Positions 10,001-19,129 of a DNA stretch of 54,274 bases are shown piece by piece. The notes beneath the pieces are model-generated. The model was not told where the DNA came from, ran no database searches, and was given only the letters and a program-made list of their open reading frames with translations. This DNA comes from Promethearchaeota archaeon (lineage in GTDB: Archaea; Asgardarchaeota; Lokiarchaeia; Sigyniarchaeales; SOKP01): the NCBI GenBank assembly GCA_008080735.1, contig SHMW01000002.1, positions 1-54,274 on the forward strand. Reading direction: 5' to 3'. The translations under genes were made by a program, and so were the position numbers. The number at the start of each line of letters is the position of its first letter. Position 1 is the stretch's first letter.

Positions 10001-10172
10001 TCTCACTGTTGCTTACGAATACTTCTGATTTGGCAAAACCAAATTGTTTCTCAACATCTGATCTTCGTTCCTTAAGTAGATCAATTTCTTCTACATGTTC
10101 CAAGGGCGCTCCTAAAAATGCAGGAGCTTGACTAGAGACCAATTCATCTTTACTAATTTTTTTAAATCCCAT
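7002..10172 (-). CDS. Large soluble protein: beta-rich N-terminus, ~400-aa Lys/Glu coiled coil, several Ig-like/DUF11-like beta-sandwich repeats
   Basis: 1056-aa ORF; heptad K/E-rich region ~aa150-545; repeats of ITVKNIG..GIMVKDIIP and IIINNNS..DIDINDTI type; no signal peptide or TM helix. Confidence 0.75.
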   Translation of the reverse strand: MGFKKISKDELVSSQAPAFLGAPLEHVEEIDLLKERRSDVEKQFGFAKSEVFVSNSENLKYEYSKNGTLINFIGTGSINVLNNSKKDRIWDVKLDYSSDDNLSLEKDKIINLGNFEPETNKKVNYQIKDSEDLVNPIKVFEKIKVMNIQTDDLGAKLKQKKLKKIEQEIQEKRETTKKKIKMSYGHKISSVEDKIHLKNNELDEALDKISKLSQKNKKLLNQAGLLKKEIDSLIEDKEKYKEKNISKYLNKNQFKEETETQLKNAKEKLEQITERIPEVKTEYSEKKAVNIENILNHYDPKIKKLRKEMENCIENNKKAKKKEEEWEEKQDKLKTELKEKKKEIKNLEKEKKKATKDIEDEAKINIVEKEFDVQINDKRTQFEEIEKKLDEAEKKADEESERQKDLEDKIDDLEDNIEDLEDKKKNELESQNNKIDNSKKDTIETLEEKLQNTKNLISHLEKIKDTYDARIKELKAQLKENQENLKNINTKSDEWQEKKENVESEINSLRAKIVELNEQKENKLNKKLEEISQKEKERKEKILEGYHEITGEFVRDNYFLLFNQENRLKYSIFIENTSEDLVEDLRIAKQFSEEFRDFKYDSSSVSDVEIQKGSLIFSINSLEPGKKAEIIVYTSISPKNRQMIGTGNIQLSYIYKNQIMSNLEIDHLRGYSHAMHAMQIKEKETEPNKWRCSLIFKNNSEIDMELKSILVLDKDKETKYLDIDFNSNGGKLLAPQEKFISEEWEVADENEPKFFRKLEYSITHSVKKNAVIDLRLQESVFEIIDIHLDKKLSESEIKSFEEAEIQSKITVKNIGTTPMKGIMVKDIIPADFAPPEDLTQFQISTSSGRDISDHVSIEVVPDNLDHSIPHDVKISLNLDNIKSKVLIDVDEFLKISYPFKAIKPNHKKTYQFPLEVTHYYPQEKRSPENFYYLNESLETEKLPKLDIAHKRRDLLIGKEIFPGRDVDEFAISIIINNNSNIEVNDIDINDTISKSFEIVSANTKYEIMESEIEGTDMISFTVESILPYQEREIRYYVKSKDGEIMDQEKLESYLLS

Positions 10173-10225
10173 CTAATCCTTACCTCTTTGTATTATTTAT
10201 TATCGTTAAAAAAATTCAATTTTAA

Positions 10226-12313
10226 TTATTGTTCTATTTCTACTAAGCGTACAAGATCCTTCCTAAGGGAAGATATCAGATTTATGACATCTATTATCAA
10301 GCAGATAGAACCGTCACCAGTAATAGCAACACCTAATATGGATTGAAACTTTGAATATTTTGATTTAAACGGTTTAATAACCACTTCCATTTGTTGCAGA
10401 ATTTTATCAACAATGAATATTGCTGAATTGTGCTCATCCTTTTGACATAATATCGCAATTTTCTTTTTAGAATTATCATTGTTTATATTCAATTCTGATG
10501 ATTCATTTTCCGAAGAGAAATCAAAATATTCTCCTAATCTTATTACAGGGACCAATTCATTCGCGACTTTATAATGTTCCACTCCTTTTACATAATCAAT
10601 TTTTTCTCTATCATAGAAGTAAATCTGTTTGATATTATCTATGGGTACAGCAAAGAGATCTCCACCTACTTCGAATAATTGCGCCTTAAGAATTGCTCGT
10701 GTGAATGGGACGTCAATAGAAAATGTAGTTCCTTTACCAGGAGTGGTATAAAGATTAATCGACCCTCCTAATTCTTCTATCTTCTCCTCAACTATCGCTA
10801 AACCCATACCTCTGCCAGAAATTTGATTAGCAGCCCCTAAAGTTGAAAATCCTGGTTTAAAAATCAAATCCTTAAGGTCCTGATCTGTAAGTTTTTCAGC
10901 TTCCTCTGGAGTATATAATCCATTATTCACTGCTTTTCTTCGAATTCCCTCAAAATCTAACCCTCTTCCATTATCTTCCACAGTAATGTTAATTGATCCG
11001 GCTTTTCTTGTGGTTATCAGTTTTAATGTTCCTATTTCATCCTTTCCTTTTCTTTTTCTTTCTTTTGGGGTTTCAATTCCGTGATAAATCGCATTTCTCA
11101 GTAAATGGATAAGAGGGCTATTCAATTCTTCCAAGACGGTACGATCTATTTCCACATCTAAACCTCTAAGAACAAATTTTATCTTTTTCCCCGTATCCTT
11201 TGCAACATCCCTAACTAGTCTCCGATATCTCCTGAAAGTTTTTTCCACTCTCACTAATTTCAGTCGAAACACGATTTCTTGGATTTCTAAGAACAATTTA
11301 TCCATATTATCGAAAACCCGTGTTTCTTCTCTTCCTCTAGTTTCCTTCAATTGCTGGGAGATTTGATTCTTAAGAATAACCAGCTCGCCAAAGTAATCCA
11401 TTAATCTCTCCAGAGTTTCAATATCTACTTTCACTGAAGTTATTGTGCTTAATTCCTCTCCAAAATCATCATCTATTATAGATGAAATTCCTGTCTCAAA
11501 TGTTTCTTCAGCTTGATTGGTTTTTTGAGGTTCAGAAGCTGCCTTTTCTGCGCTAAACTCTTCGACATAACTATAAAATTCATTAGAACTAATTTCTTCT
11601 ATTTCTCTGCTTTCGATTTCTAGAATTTCGTCAATAGTAGCAGCGATTTTATCTTTTGTTTCTTTGGTCATAAAATAGATTTCAAAATCGTTGTCAAAAT
11701 TCCCCTTTTCTAATTTATCGGGGCTTGGGTTACTTGAACAAATCCGCCCAATCTCATTAAGCGCCCTGAATATTATAAATAACCTAACTTTTTTAAAAAC
11801 ACAAGTTGCTTGAATTTCAATTGCGATTTTATAAAAATTATAATTCTCTTTCTTCTCTTTTAATTTTTCTGGTGAAATTGGCTTATAAAACGTAATATCG
11901 TATTCTGACTTTTTATCCGCCTTATAATCTTTGAAAGTTTCTTCAATTTCCTGTAATACTTGTGCGTCTAAGTCTTTCTCGTTCCCTTTTTTGATACTAT
12001 TAACCAAATTCCTAATAACGTCATGGCTCTCAAATAAAAGATTGATATATTCGTCCTTCTTGTCTTTTCTTTTATTATATTTTTTGTTTTCGTCCAGAAA
12101 ATTTTCAAATATATGACAAAATTTAGAGAATCTGTCAAAACCTACCATCGCTGTTGAGCCCTTCAATGTATGGAATGCAAAGTAGAGATTTTGGATAGGA
12201 TCATCATCTTTGAAATTCTCCTCAAGGTCTAAGATATTTTTCTCAACCTTATTTACTAACTCTTCAGCCTCGTCAATAAATAATTTCATCTCTTTATCTT
12301 TTTTCGATGACAT
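10226..12313 (-). CDS. cheA: Chemotaxis histidine kinase CheA
   Basis: Hpt FHTLKG, P2 domain, HLLRNAIYHG, VEDNGRG, IFKPGFST, SGRGMGL, C-terminal CheW-like P5. Confidence 0.97.
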   Translation of the reverse strand: MSSKKDKEMKLFIDEAEELVNKVEKNILDLEENFKDDDPIQNLYFAFHTLKGSTAMVGFDRFSKFCHIFENFLDENKKYNKRKDKKDEYINLLFESHDVIRNLVNSIKKGNEKDLDAQVLQEIEETFKDYKADKKSEYDITFYKPISPEKLKEKKENYNFYKIAIEIQATCVFKKVRLFIIFRALNEIGRICSSNPSPDKLEKGNFDNDFEIYFMTKETKDKIAATIDEILEIESREIEEISSNEFYSYVEEFSAEKAASEPQKTNQAEETFETGISSIIDDDFGEELSTITSVKVDIETLERLMDYFGELVILKNQISQQLKETRGREETRVFDNMDKLFLEIQEIVFRLKLVRVEKTFRRYRRLVRDVAKDTGKKIKFVLRGLDVEIDRTVLEELNSPLIHLLRNAIYHGIETPKERKRKGKDEIGTLKLITTRKAGSINITVEDNGRGLDFEGIRRKAVNNGLYTPEEAEKLTDQDLKDLIFKPGFSTLGAANQISGRGMGLAIVEEKIEELGGSINLYTTPGKGTTFSIDVPFTRAILKAQLFEVGGDLFAVPIDNIKQIYFYDREKIDYVKGVEHYKVANELVPVIRLGEYFDFSSENESSELNINNDNSKKKIAILCQKDEHNSAIFIVDKILQQMEVVIKPFKSKYSKFQSILGVAITGDGSICLIIDVINLISSLRKDLVRLVEIEQ

Positions 12314-12344
12314 TGCAACAATTACCTCAGTTTTTTTTTCCTAT

Positions 12345-12731
12345 TTATTTATTATTTAATAGAGTTCTTTCTAATACTTCCAAAACTTGCTCATTTTTAA
12401 AGGGCTTTTGAATAAAATCTTTTGCTCCTTTTTTGGCAGCTTCCAAAACAAGTGCTTCTTGCCCTAATGCTGAAACGACGATTATTTTCGCATTCTCATC
12501 AAGTTGTAACAATTCCTCGATAGTTTCAATACCGCCTTTTACTGGCATAACCAAATCCATTGTGACAAGATCCGGTTGTACCTCTTGGTATTTTTTAATT
12601 GCCTCTTCTCCGTCTCCTGCTTCTGCAACAACCTCACTGAAATCAGTTTTATTTATTATCTTTTTTAAGATATTTCTGGTAAACTGGGCATCATCTACGC
12701 ACATTATCTTTTTTTTATTATTTTTTGGCAT
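12345..12731 (-). CDS. cheY: Chemotaxis response regulator CheY
   Basis: VDD, TMDLVMP, SALGQ and KPF motifs; 128 aa; adjacent to cheA. Confidence 0.95.
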   Translation of the reverse strand: MPKNNKKKIMCVDDAQFTRNILKKIINKTDFSEVVAEAGDGEEAIKKYQEVQPDLVTMDLVMPVKGGIETIEELLQLDENAKIIVVSALGQEALVLEAAKKGAKDFIQKPFKNEQVLEVLERTLLNNK

Positions 12732-12756
12732 ATTTATCTCCTTTTTTATTAAGTTT

Positions 12757-13347
12757 TTAATTTAAAGATTTAAGTTCTTTTTTTATCATTAATTGCTCAG
12801 TTTCGGTTAAAATTTTGCTTAAGTCCATCAATATTCGTGGTCTGTCCTCAAATTTAATAACACCTTTAATATATTCGATACTGATGCTGGTTTGGAAGAT
12901 CCCCCCCAAATCAACAATATCTTCAGTTTTAATTTGAGAAACATTGTAGATCTTATCCACGTAGAAACCAATATTTCTATTATTGACATTCACAATAATT
13001 ATGTATGTATTTTTGGAGTCTGAATCTTCTTTAGTTTGAGTTGGTGCTTTGGGCTTTTTCTTTTCTTCTCCTTCTTTTTGAGCTAATAGTTCACTTTTAG
13101 TTTTATAAAGGCGATAATCATCTAAATCCAATTTTTTTCGCAGATTTATTACATGGATAATCTCGCCTCTGTAATTATAAATACCATCGATGAAATCTAA
13201 ACTCTTTGGAAGTCTCCTAATTTGCCCTGCTTTGATAATTTCTTTTACATCCAGTAAATCAATTGCGAATTGTTCCCATCCAACTTCAAAAACAATAATA
13301 GAAACGTTTTCTCGCTCCTCATAAATTTCGTTCTGCATTTTTTTCAC
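12757..13347 (-). CDS. cheW: Chemotaxis coupling protein CheW (with charged insert)
   Basis: VKEII, GIYNYRGEIIHVINLR, IGFYVD. Confidence 0.92.
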   Translation of the reverse strand: MKKMQNEIYEERENVSIIVFEVGWEQFAIDLLDVKEIIKAGQIRRLPKSLDFIDGIYNYRGEIIHVINLRKKLDLDDYRLYKTKSELLAQKEGEEKKKPKAPTQTKEDSDSKNTYIIIVNVNNRNIGFYVDKIYNVSQIKTEDIVDLGGIFQTSISIEYIKGVIKFEDRPRILMDLSKILTETEQLMIKKELKSLN

Positions 13348-13365
13348 TTTTGTATTGAATTTATT

Positions 13366-14181
13366 TTATAGTTTAAAATATTGATTTAGTATATCTTCAA
13401 AATCTTCAAATGGAGAAATGTCTCCATTAAAATTCTTTAATTCGTTATCATAATTGCTGAAAAATTCATCAACAATCAAATACATATATCTTTTAAGTAA
13501 TTGATTAACTTTTTCGACAAGATATGCAAAAATAATATTTTTTTTAATTATTACATAAAATCTTTGATTTCCAAATACAATCTCTTTTAAATTCCCTCCC
13601 GATTCCTTTCCAATAATTTCTTTTGAAAAGGTCAATAAGGCAGATATAAATCCACTTATTTGGACATCTTTTTTCGCTAAATTTGCTTTCTTCTTGTCAA
13701 TTTTTGAAAAATATGGACTCCCGGAAGGGTTTAATATAAATATTCCTAACAAACCTTCGCTTCTTGGAATCTCCAAATATTCATTACATGATTCCTTAAC
13801 TTCTCCAGCGTCCATATCGGCGTTATATTGATTAAAAATCTTCCTTGAAACTAAATATAATTTTGTATAATTTACTTCACTTTCCTTATCGTCCATAAAA
13901 ATATTAACTATCTTGTTCTGGTTGCTATCTTCATAAAAATGAATAATAATAATATAATCATCTAAAGGAATAGTCGAATTCCCCTTAGTTTTTTGGGTAA
14001 TTTCACTTTTACATAACTCCATGATGTTTTGGATCAGGGGTACATCGAATCCCTTTTTATAAATAATATCATAATCGTGAGTCTTTCCTTCATTACAGAA
14101 TTTTAACATGCAAAATCCCATTAATTCAATAATGTTTTCCTTAAAGTCCATGTTCGATGCTTTATTTTTCATACCGATCAT
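13366..14181 (-). CDS. Longin-domain protein (C-terminal Mon1/Fuz/TRAPP-type longin; possibly a second degenerate N-terminal longin)
   Basis: IFILNPSGSPYF ... ISGFISALLTFSKEI ... FF.NY...L..FNGDISPFEDFEDIL, the pattern typical of Asgard longin domains. Confidence 0.72.
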   Translation of the reverse strand: MIGMKNKASNMDFKENIIELMGFCMLKFCNEGKTHDYDIIYKKGFDVPLIQNIMELCKSEITQKTKGNSTIPLDDYIIIIHFYEDSNQNKIVNIFMDDKESEVNYTKLYLVSRKIFNQYNADMDAGEVKESCNEYLEIPRSEGLLGIFILNPSGSPYFSKIDKKKANLAKKDVQISGFISALLTFSKEIIGKESGGNLKEIVFGNQRFYVIIKKNIIFAYLVEKVNQLLKRYMYLIVDEFFSNYDNELKNFNGDISPFEDFEDILNQYFKL

Positions 14182-14286
14182 TTTTCTTCAGTTCTAACCC
14201 TTTTTTTGTTAAAATAATGAAAAAAGATTGTGGATAAATAAAATAAAATTCCCACTTTTTTGGTTTAAATTTAAAAAACTTTTTGA

Positions 14287-15393
14287 TTAACTAGCCTCTT
14301 CTAGCTTTATTTTCTTTTTGCTTATCGTTTTGATTTTAGGTTTATCTGCGCTCCCTTTGACTCTTATACCTTCGGGTTCTGATTTGCTTTTTTGTTTTGC
14401 TTTCTTTTTTGTTTTTTTTGCGGTCTTTCCGTGAATATCTAATGATTCTTGTAGCTCCAATGCCAGTTTCTCCAGTCTCCTGCCTGTCGCCGAAATCTCG
14501 TCCATCGAAACTACTTGCTGATCTATTTCTGCTTTTACTTGTTCAAGCGCTCTTTCGTTTACTTCTTCATGCTCTTCGGCCTCTGAGAGCTCTTCTGTGA
14601 CTTCATCAATCGCTTGGACTGTAACTTCGATAAGTTTTTCAATATTTCGAATTTTTTCACTGGAACGTGCCACTGATTTTCTTGATTCTTCTGAAAGTTT
14701 TCGGACCTCATCCGCTACAACTGCGAATCCTCTGCCGTGCTCTCCTGCTCTTCCCGCTTCAATACTCGCGTTCAATGCGAGTAAGTTTGTCTCCTCAGAA
14801 ATACTGGTAATTATATCCATAACATCATCAATATCAGTTGTATGATCTAGAATCTCGTGGGCATTCTTATCAATGCCAGCCGCGTGCCTGTCAACTAATT
14901 TCAATGCTTTGACCTGTCCTTGGGCGGCTTTAACAAGCTTCCCTATTGTATCATCAATCTCGTGGGCATGTCTATCAACTTCCACTGCGCTTGCTTCTAA
15001 TTCTGCCGAGATATTTGCTACATTGATCGCAATCTCTTCCGCATTATCGACTAAATTCTCTAAGGAATGTTCGTGTTCTATGATTCTATTCTCAATAGTG
15101 ACGACAAACCCCATCACCATTATTAATCCTACATAAAACATGCTGAACGCTTCACCCATCATATCGAAAGCTAAAACGTCTGTGGAAAATCCATATTTGT
15201 CCAAGGCATTTGCAAGAGTATACATTGACCCACCGCAAGCAATTAAAAACCAGAAAATATCACTCAATGTTTTTCTTTTGAAATATATCCTCAGAGCTAT
15301 AATTGCAGAAAATATTGCAAAAATGAGAGCAATGAGGTTTAAAGTTCCATCTCTGTAATCTGCCATCAATTCCGCGGATATCTGTAGAAACAT
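14287..15393 (-). CDS. Methyl-accepting chemotaxis protein with 3 N-terminal TM helices and basic C-terminal tail
   Basis: Hairpin-tip signature [32 protein letters not shown]; three hydrophobic segments in aa20-100. Confidence 0.95.
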   Translation of the reverse strand: MFLQISAELMADYRDGTLNLIALIFAIFSAIIALRIYFKRKTLSDIFWFLIACGGSMYTLANALDKYGFSTDVLAFDMMGEAFSMFYVGLIMVMGFVVTIENRIIEHEHSLENLVDNAEEIAINVANISAELEASAVEVDRHAHEIDDTIGKLVKAAQGQVKALKLVDRHAAGIDKNAHEILDHTTDIDDVMDIITSISEETNLLALNASIEAGRAGEHGRGFAVVADEVRKLSEESRKSVARSSEKIRNIEKLIEVTVQAIDEVTEELSEAEEHEEVNERALEQVKAEIDQQVVSMDEISATGRRLEKLALELQESLDIHGKTAKKTKKKAKQKSKSEPEGIRVKGSADKPKIKTISKKKIKLEEAS

Positions 15394-15672
15394 TTAAATT
15401 CCACCTCTTTTCATAAATGCACTATAATATTCATAGAATAGAGCAGATGCAAAGGTAATCATAGTCAACATTATAAATACATGTTCTAGAAGATTTAATT
15501 CCTCTAAGCCAGGAACGGCTTCTAAATTTGTGAATATAAACACTAACCAAATACACAAACCAGCAGGAATAAATTTTAATAGCTCTCTATATCTAATCGC
15601 CGCAGCACCTAAAGAAATAATTGCTATACACATCATAATCAAAACAATGACTTCTACTATTTCAATTGCCAA
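15394..15672 (-). CDS. Small 3-TM membrane protein, first gene of the chemotaxis run
   Basis: 92 aa, three hydrophobic helices; TTG start preceded by GGTGA; stop abuts the MCP ATG. Confidence 0.75.
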   Translation of the reverse strand: MAIEIVEVIVLIMMCIAIISLGAAAIRYRELLKFIPAGLCIWLVFIFTNLEAVPGLEELNLLEHVFIMLTMITFASALFYEYYSAFMKRGGI

Positions 15673-15966
15673 ATTTTATCACCTTATAAAATCTTCATTT
15701 TTTTTGTAAGTTTTTTTCCTCACAAAAGTTTACTTTTTGATAACAATATCCAAAAAGTTTTATTTAAACCTTTGTTTTTACAAACCAAATATGTGAATTA
15801 CACATAAAAAGAAAAAAGGGAATCATATGAAAGCAGATAAAAACTTAAATAGCATAATAGTGACTACATTATTGAATTTTTGTACATTAAAGTAGCATTA
15901 TTTATAACAAATTAAATCTTTTATTATTTAATACTGCTTGAATTAAATTAGTATAATGAAAAGAAA

Positions 15967-16620
15967 ATGATTGCTAAAGACCAAATTAGTCATAATGATG
16001 AGGAGAGTTATGAAAAAGTAACTCTTGAATGTCCTATATGTGGAACTCGTAATAATTTACGCATTCCTTGCAAAATCATTAATGAAAGTAAACAATTAAC
16101 GACTATATCAATACCGAGGGGGCTTGTGTGCGATCATCATTTTCAAGCCTTCGTGGATAAAAACTTTCAAACTCGTGGCTATCAAAAGATTGATTTCGAG
16201 CTTTCCAGTATGGAATTTTATGAACAAAACATAGAACAAACTTCTGGGGATCAGGTGCAAAACCTCTCTTCCATACCAGCGTTCGAAGAAATCCTTAATT
16301 TATTACGCACAGCAGTTAAAGATAAAGACATTTTGGGGAGCGCTATCCTCACGGTAAATGGGAAAGTATTATATTCCTCATTACCAGAAAATACTCTTTT
16401 TAATACGATGAAGGAATTTGAAGTTAGAAACGAGAAAGAATTAGTAGCAGTCCGGCGTATGTTCCTGGAATTGGAAAATCGGATGAAAATTTGTTCTAAC
16501 TACATGGAATTGAATGATGTGAATTTTATTCTTGTCCTAGTTTTTTCTAAGAAAATAAAATTGGGAATGGGAAATTTGTTATTAAAAGATTTGTCGAAAA
16601 AAATTATTGCTAAAGTCTAA
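15967..16620 (+). CDS. Zn-ribbon plus roadblock-like domain protein
   Basis: CPICG...CDHHF metal-binding motif; C-terminal ILGSAILTVNGKVLYS and LGMGNLLL roadblock-like pattern. Confidence 0.65.
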   Translation: MIAKDQISHNDEESYEKVTLECPICGTRNNLRIPCKIINESKQLTTISIPRGLVCDHHFQAFVDKNFQTRGYQKIDFELSSMEFYEQNIEQTSGDQVQNLSSIPAFEEILNLLRTAVKDKDILGSAILTVNGKVLYSSLPENTLFNTMKEFEVRNEKELVAVRRMFLELENRMKICSNYMELNDVNFILVLVFSKKIKLGMGNLLLKDLSKKIIAKV

Positions 16621-16722
16621 GAATAATTGAAAAAGAAAATAAGTGAATAGTATATTCCAAAATTTTAATTTCCTGCTTTAAAGCTTTAGGTAAAGAATAA
16701 AAAACTTTTTTTAAAAAAAAGG

Positions 16723-18234
16723 TTATTGTAATAGTTTTCCTGTTGATTTTGAGACTCGGATATCCCTCAACCGGGTTTCATCCTCTTTCAATCGGCTCCG
16801 CCCATTATTAACTATCGGATCTATAATCTCGTTGGGAAAAAGATTTTTCCCTAATAATTCAGTCATCTGCATAATATCGAGACAATTAAGGAGTTGTAAA
16901 CTCTCACATGCATAGTATAATTCCGTAATGAGATCAAAATTAATATCTTTGGATAAATCAGTAATCTCTAGGTTTCTAAAGATACGGGAGATCATTTTGT
17001 CGATTACTTTCCTTGTATTAAAATGGTCTAATTCATCAAGCATATGTTTGCAAAAAAGTACATAATAAGTTGCCTCAGCTGACATGAAACCGTCCCGATA
17101 TTGCTTAATCCCGTCTGGTGTAATTCGCTTTTCTATTTCTGATAAGATTGGGCGTATACGATTTTTATCTAATTTATCTAGCAATCCTAACTTTTTAAAA
17201 ATCATCAGTATTAATACCAATTGAGAGGTTTCTAAACTTTTTAGGTAATTGCTTTGAAAGAAAAGATCGTCCCCTTTCAAGAGCTCTTGGATTTGCCGTT
17301 CTGATAGTCCTAACTCTGTCATCCAAGAAGATTTAAAAAAGAAATACACTTGATTCGTTGCCTCTATAAGCGGGGCTTCAAATTCGTCAATATTTTCATC
17401 ATATATATTCAATAAAAAGTATTTAATGGTGTACTCATCCACAGGAATTTTTAAATAATGGGCTAAAAAGATTCCACAAAAATATAGATCCGGGTTTTTT
17501 AATGAGACTAAGGGAATCGTATCAAGCCATTCATCATAGTGTTTCTGTATATATTCTGAAATGTTAGAAAAGTCAAACATATTTTCCAAATTGAAAAAAT
17601 CAATTAAACGAAAAATCATATAAGAAAGCTGGAGTCTATCCCGTGGATCATCTAAGTTTTGTAGATTTTCAATTTCCCATTTGTTGTTAATTAGTTTCTG
17701 GATTATTTTATCACGAATTTTTAAATATTTCCGTAGACGTGCCTTTTTTGTAGATGATTTATCGAATAATTCTTTGAATTTCTTCAATTCTATAATAAAT
17801 TCTATGGAGAGAAAACCTTCGGACTTAAGAATCTCCATAATTTTAGCAGAATTATTATCAACCAAATAATTAATAAGCTTTTCAATAAATATCTCGTATA
17901 AAAATGGTGAGATCACTTCATATATTTTGTTGATATCTGCTCTATTCCCAATTCGCTCTTCAATATTTGTCTTCCAAATGCGGCATAGATGACTTTCAAT
18001 TTCCTCATCTCTAAATCCAAATTCACTAAGAGAATTATGGCAAAGACTAAGCAATTTTTGTAGGATTTGATCGGAATCTACCAAGAATTCACGTATATTT
18101 TCATGAATTTTTTGCTTGAAATAGTTATCAATATTATTATAGAAGAGATGAATTTCATTTGAACAGAGTTCGATAATTCTAATAAGTCCGTATGTTATCA
18201 TATTTATATACTCGGTAATTAATTCTGTAAACAA
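16723..18234 (-). CDS. Helical protein with prenyltransferase/terpene-cyclase-like repeats; paralog of 34924-36408 (likely start ATG 18201)
   Basis: TIPLVSLKNPDLYFCGI and QYRDG..S.EATYYVL shared with the paralog; EATYY resembles PFTB repeats. Confidence 0.6.
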   Translation of the reverse strand: MFTELITEYINMITYGLIRIIELCSNEIHLFYNNIDNYFKQKIHENIREFLVDSDQILQKLLSLCHNSLSEFGFRDEEIESHLCRIWKTNIEERIGNRADINKIYEVISPFLYEIFIEKLINYLVDNNSAKIMEILKSEGFLSIEFIIELKKFKELFDKSSTKKARLRKYLKIRDKIIQKLINNKWEIENLQNLDDPRDRLQLSYMIFRLIDFFNLENMFDFSNISEYIQKHYDEWLDTIPLVSLKNPDLYFCGIFLAHYLKIPVDEYTIKYFLLNIYDENIDEFEAPLIEATNQVYFFFKSSWMTELGLSERQIQELLKGDDLFFQSNYLKSLETSQLVLILMIFKKLGLLDKLDKNRIRPILSEIEKRITPDGIKQYRDGFMSAEATYYVLFCKHMLDELDHFNTRKVIDKMISRIFRNLEITDLSKDINFDLITELYYACESLQLLNCLDIMQMTELLGKNLFPNEIIDPIVNNGRSRLKEDETRLRDIRVSKSTGKLLQ

Positions 18235-18520
18235 AAAAATATTTTATCACAAATATCGACTAATCTTATAAAAATTTATTCTTATCGATACTTTTTATTC
18301 CTAACCGAAAAAACGAGTATAATAATAAATAGAAGAAGAATATATTCTGATTAAAATAATTTAGAATAACTAGGGGATTTAATAAAAAAAAAAAAATACA
18401 CTGGAAGAAAAATTGTTTTTTCTAAAATAGCTATACTAATCCCTTATATATTTTTGGATTTATTTAGCCTTATATGTATTGAAAAAATTAGTAATTTAAA
18501 ACTTAGAAGAGTTAATACAG

Positions 18521-18931
18521 ATGAAAGTACACGAAGTACCCGGAAAATTAGAAGTTCACTGGGATGGGAGCGCTAAAGCGATAGTTGACGTATGGAGTTC
18601 TTATAATATTTCACTAGAAGAATTTAGAAATGCTGTTCTAATTGATGGATTGGAAATTGCAAAAAAGCGCGGTGCAATTGCCTGGATCGTTGATTCGAGC
18701 AATGCTAGCGGTAATTTTAGCAAAGAAATTCATAGCTTTATTGAGTCAGATGTATTTCCTTCATTTGCTGAAAACGGAATCGAATATTTTATTACTATTA
18801 AACCAGATAACCCTGGTCTTACTAGTATGACAGTAGACAACTACGCATCTAAAGTTGGACCTGCTGGAATCCAATTAGTTGAAGCAGATAACGTGGAAAT
18901 AGCAAAAGACTGGTTAAAAAGTCAATTATAG
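18521..18931 (+). CDS. STAS/SEC14-like (SpoIIAA-like) small protein
   Basis: AWIVDSS, DVFPSFAENGIEYF and terminal AKDWL pattern. Confidence 0.5.
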   Translation: MKVHEVPGKLEVHWDGSAKAIVDVWSSYNISLEEFRNAVLIDGLEIAKKRGAIAWIVDSSNASGNFSKEIHSFIESDVFPSFAENGIEYFITIKPDNPGLTSMTVDNYASKVGPAGIQLVEADNVEIAKDWLKSQL

Positions 18932-19129
18932 TTAATAGTATCTCATCTTTTTTTTATTTTATTTCTAGCCTTATTATTTTATTATCCCGTCGTAATTATT
19001 AGAAAAAAGGCATTATTGATTCTTGATAATTCATAAAAAAATTTAGTAAAATTCTCAAGAGATCTAAATTATTTAATTCTCTAATTTATAGAAAAAAAAA
19101 AATTTGGGATAATGAAAAATATATTTTAT

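Noticed and set aside
7002-10172. SMC/Rad50 or S-layer assignment for the giant protein
   Set aside because: No Walker A/B or signature motif, and no signal peptide or TM anchor
18383-18396. Long poly-A runs in intergenic DNA (also near 19092)
   Set aside because: Expected in very AT-rich spacers and as T-tract terminators on the opposite strand; no evidence of phase variation
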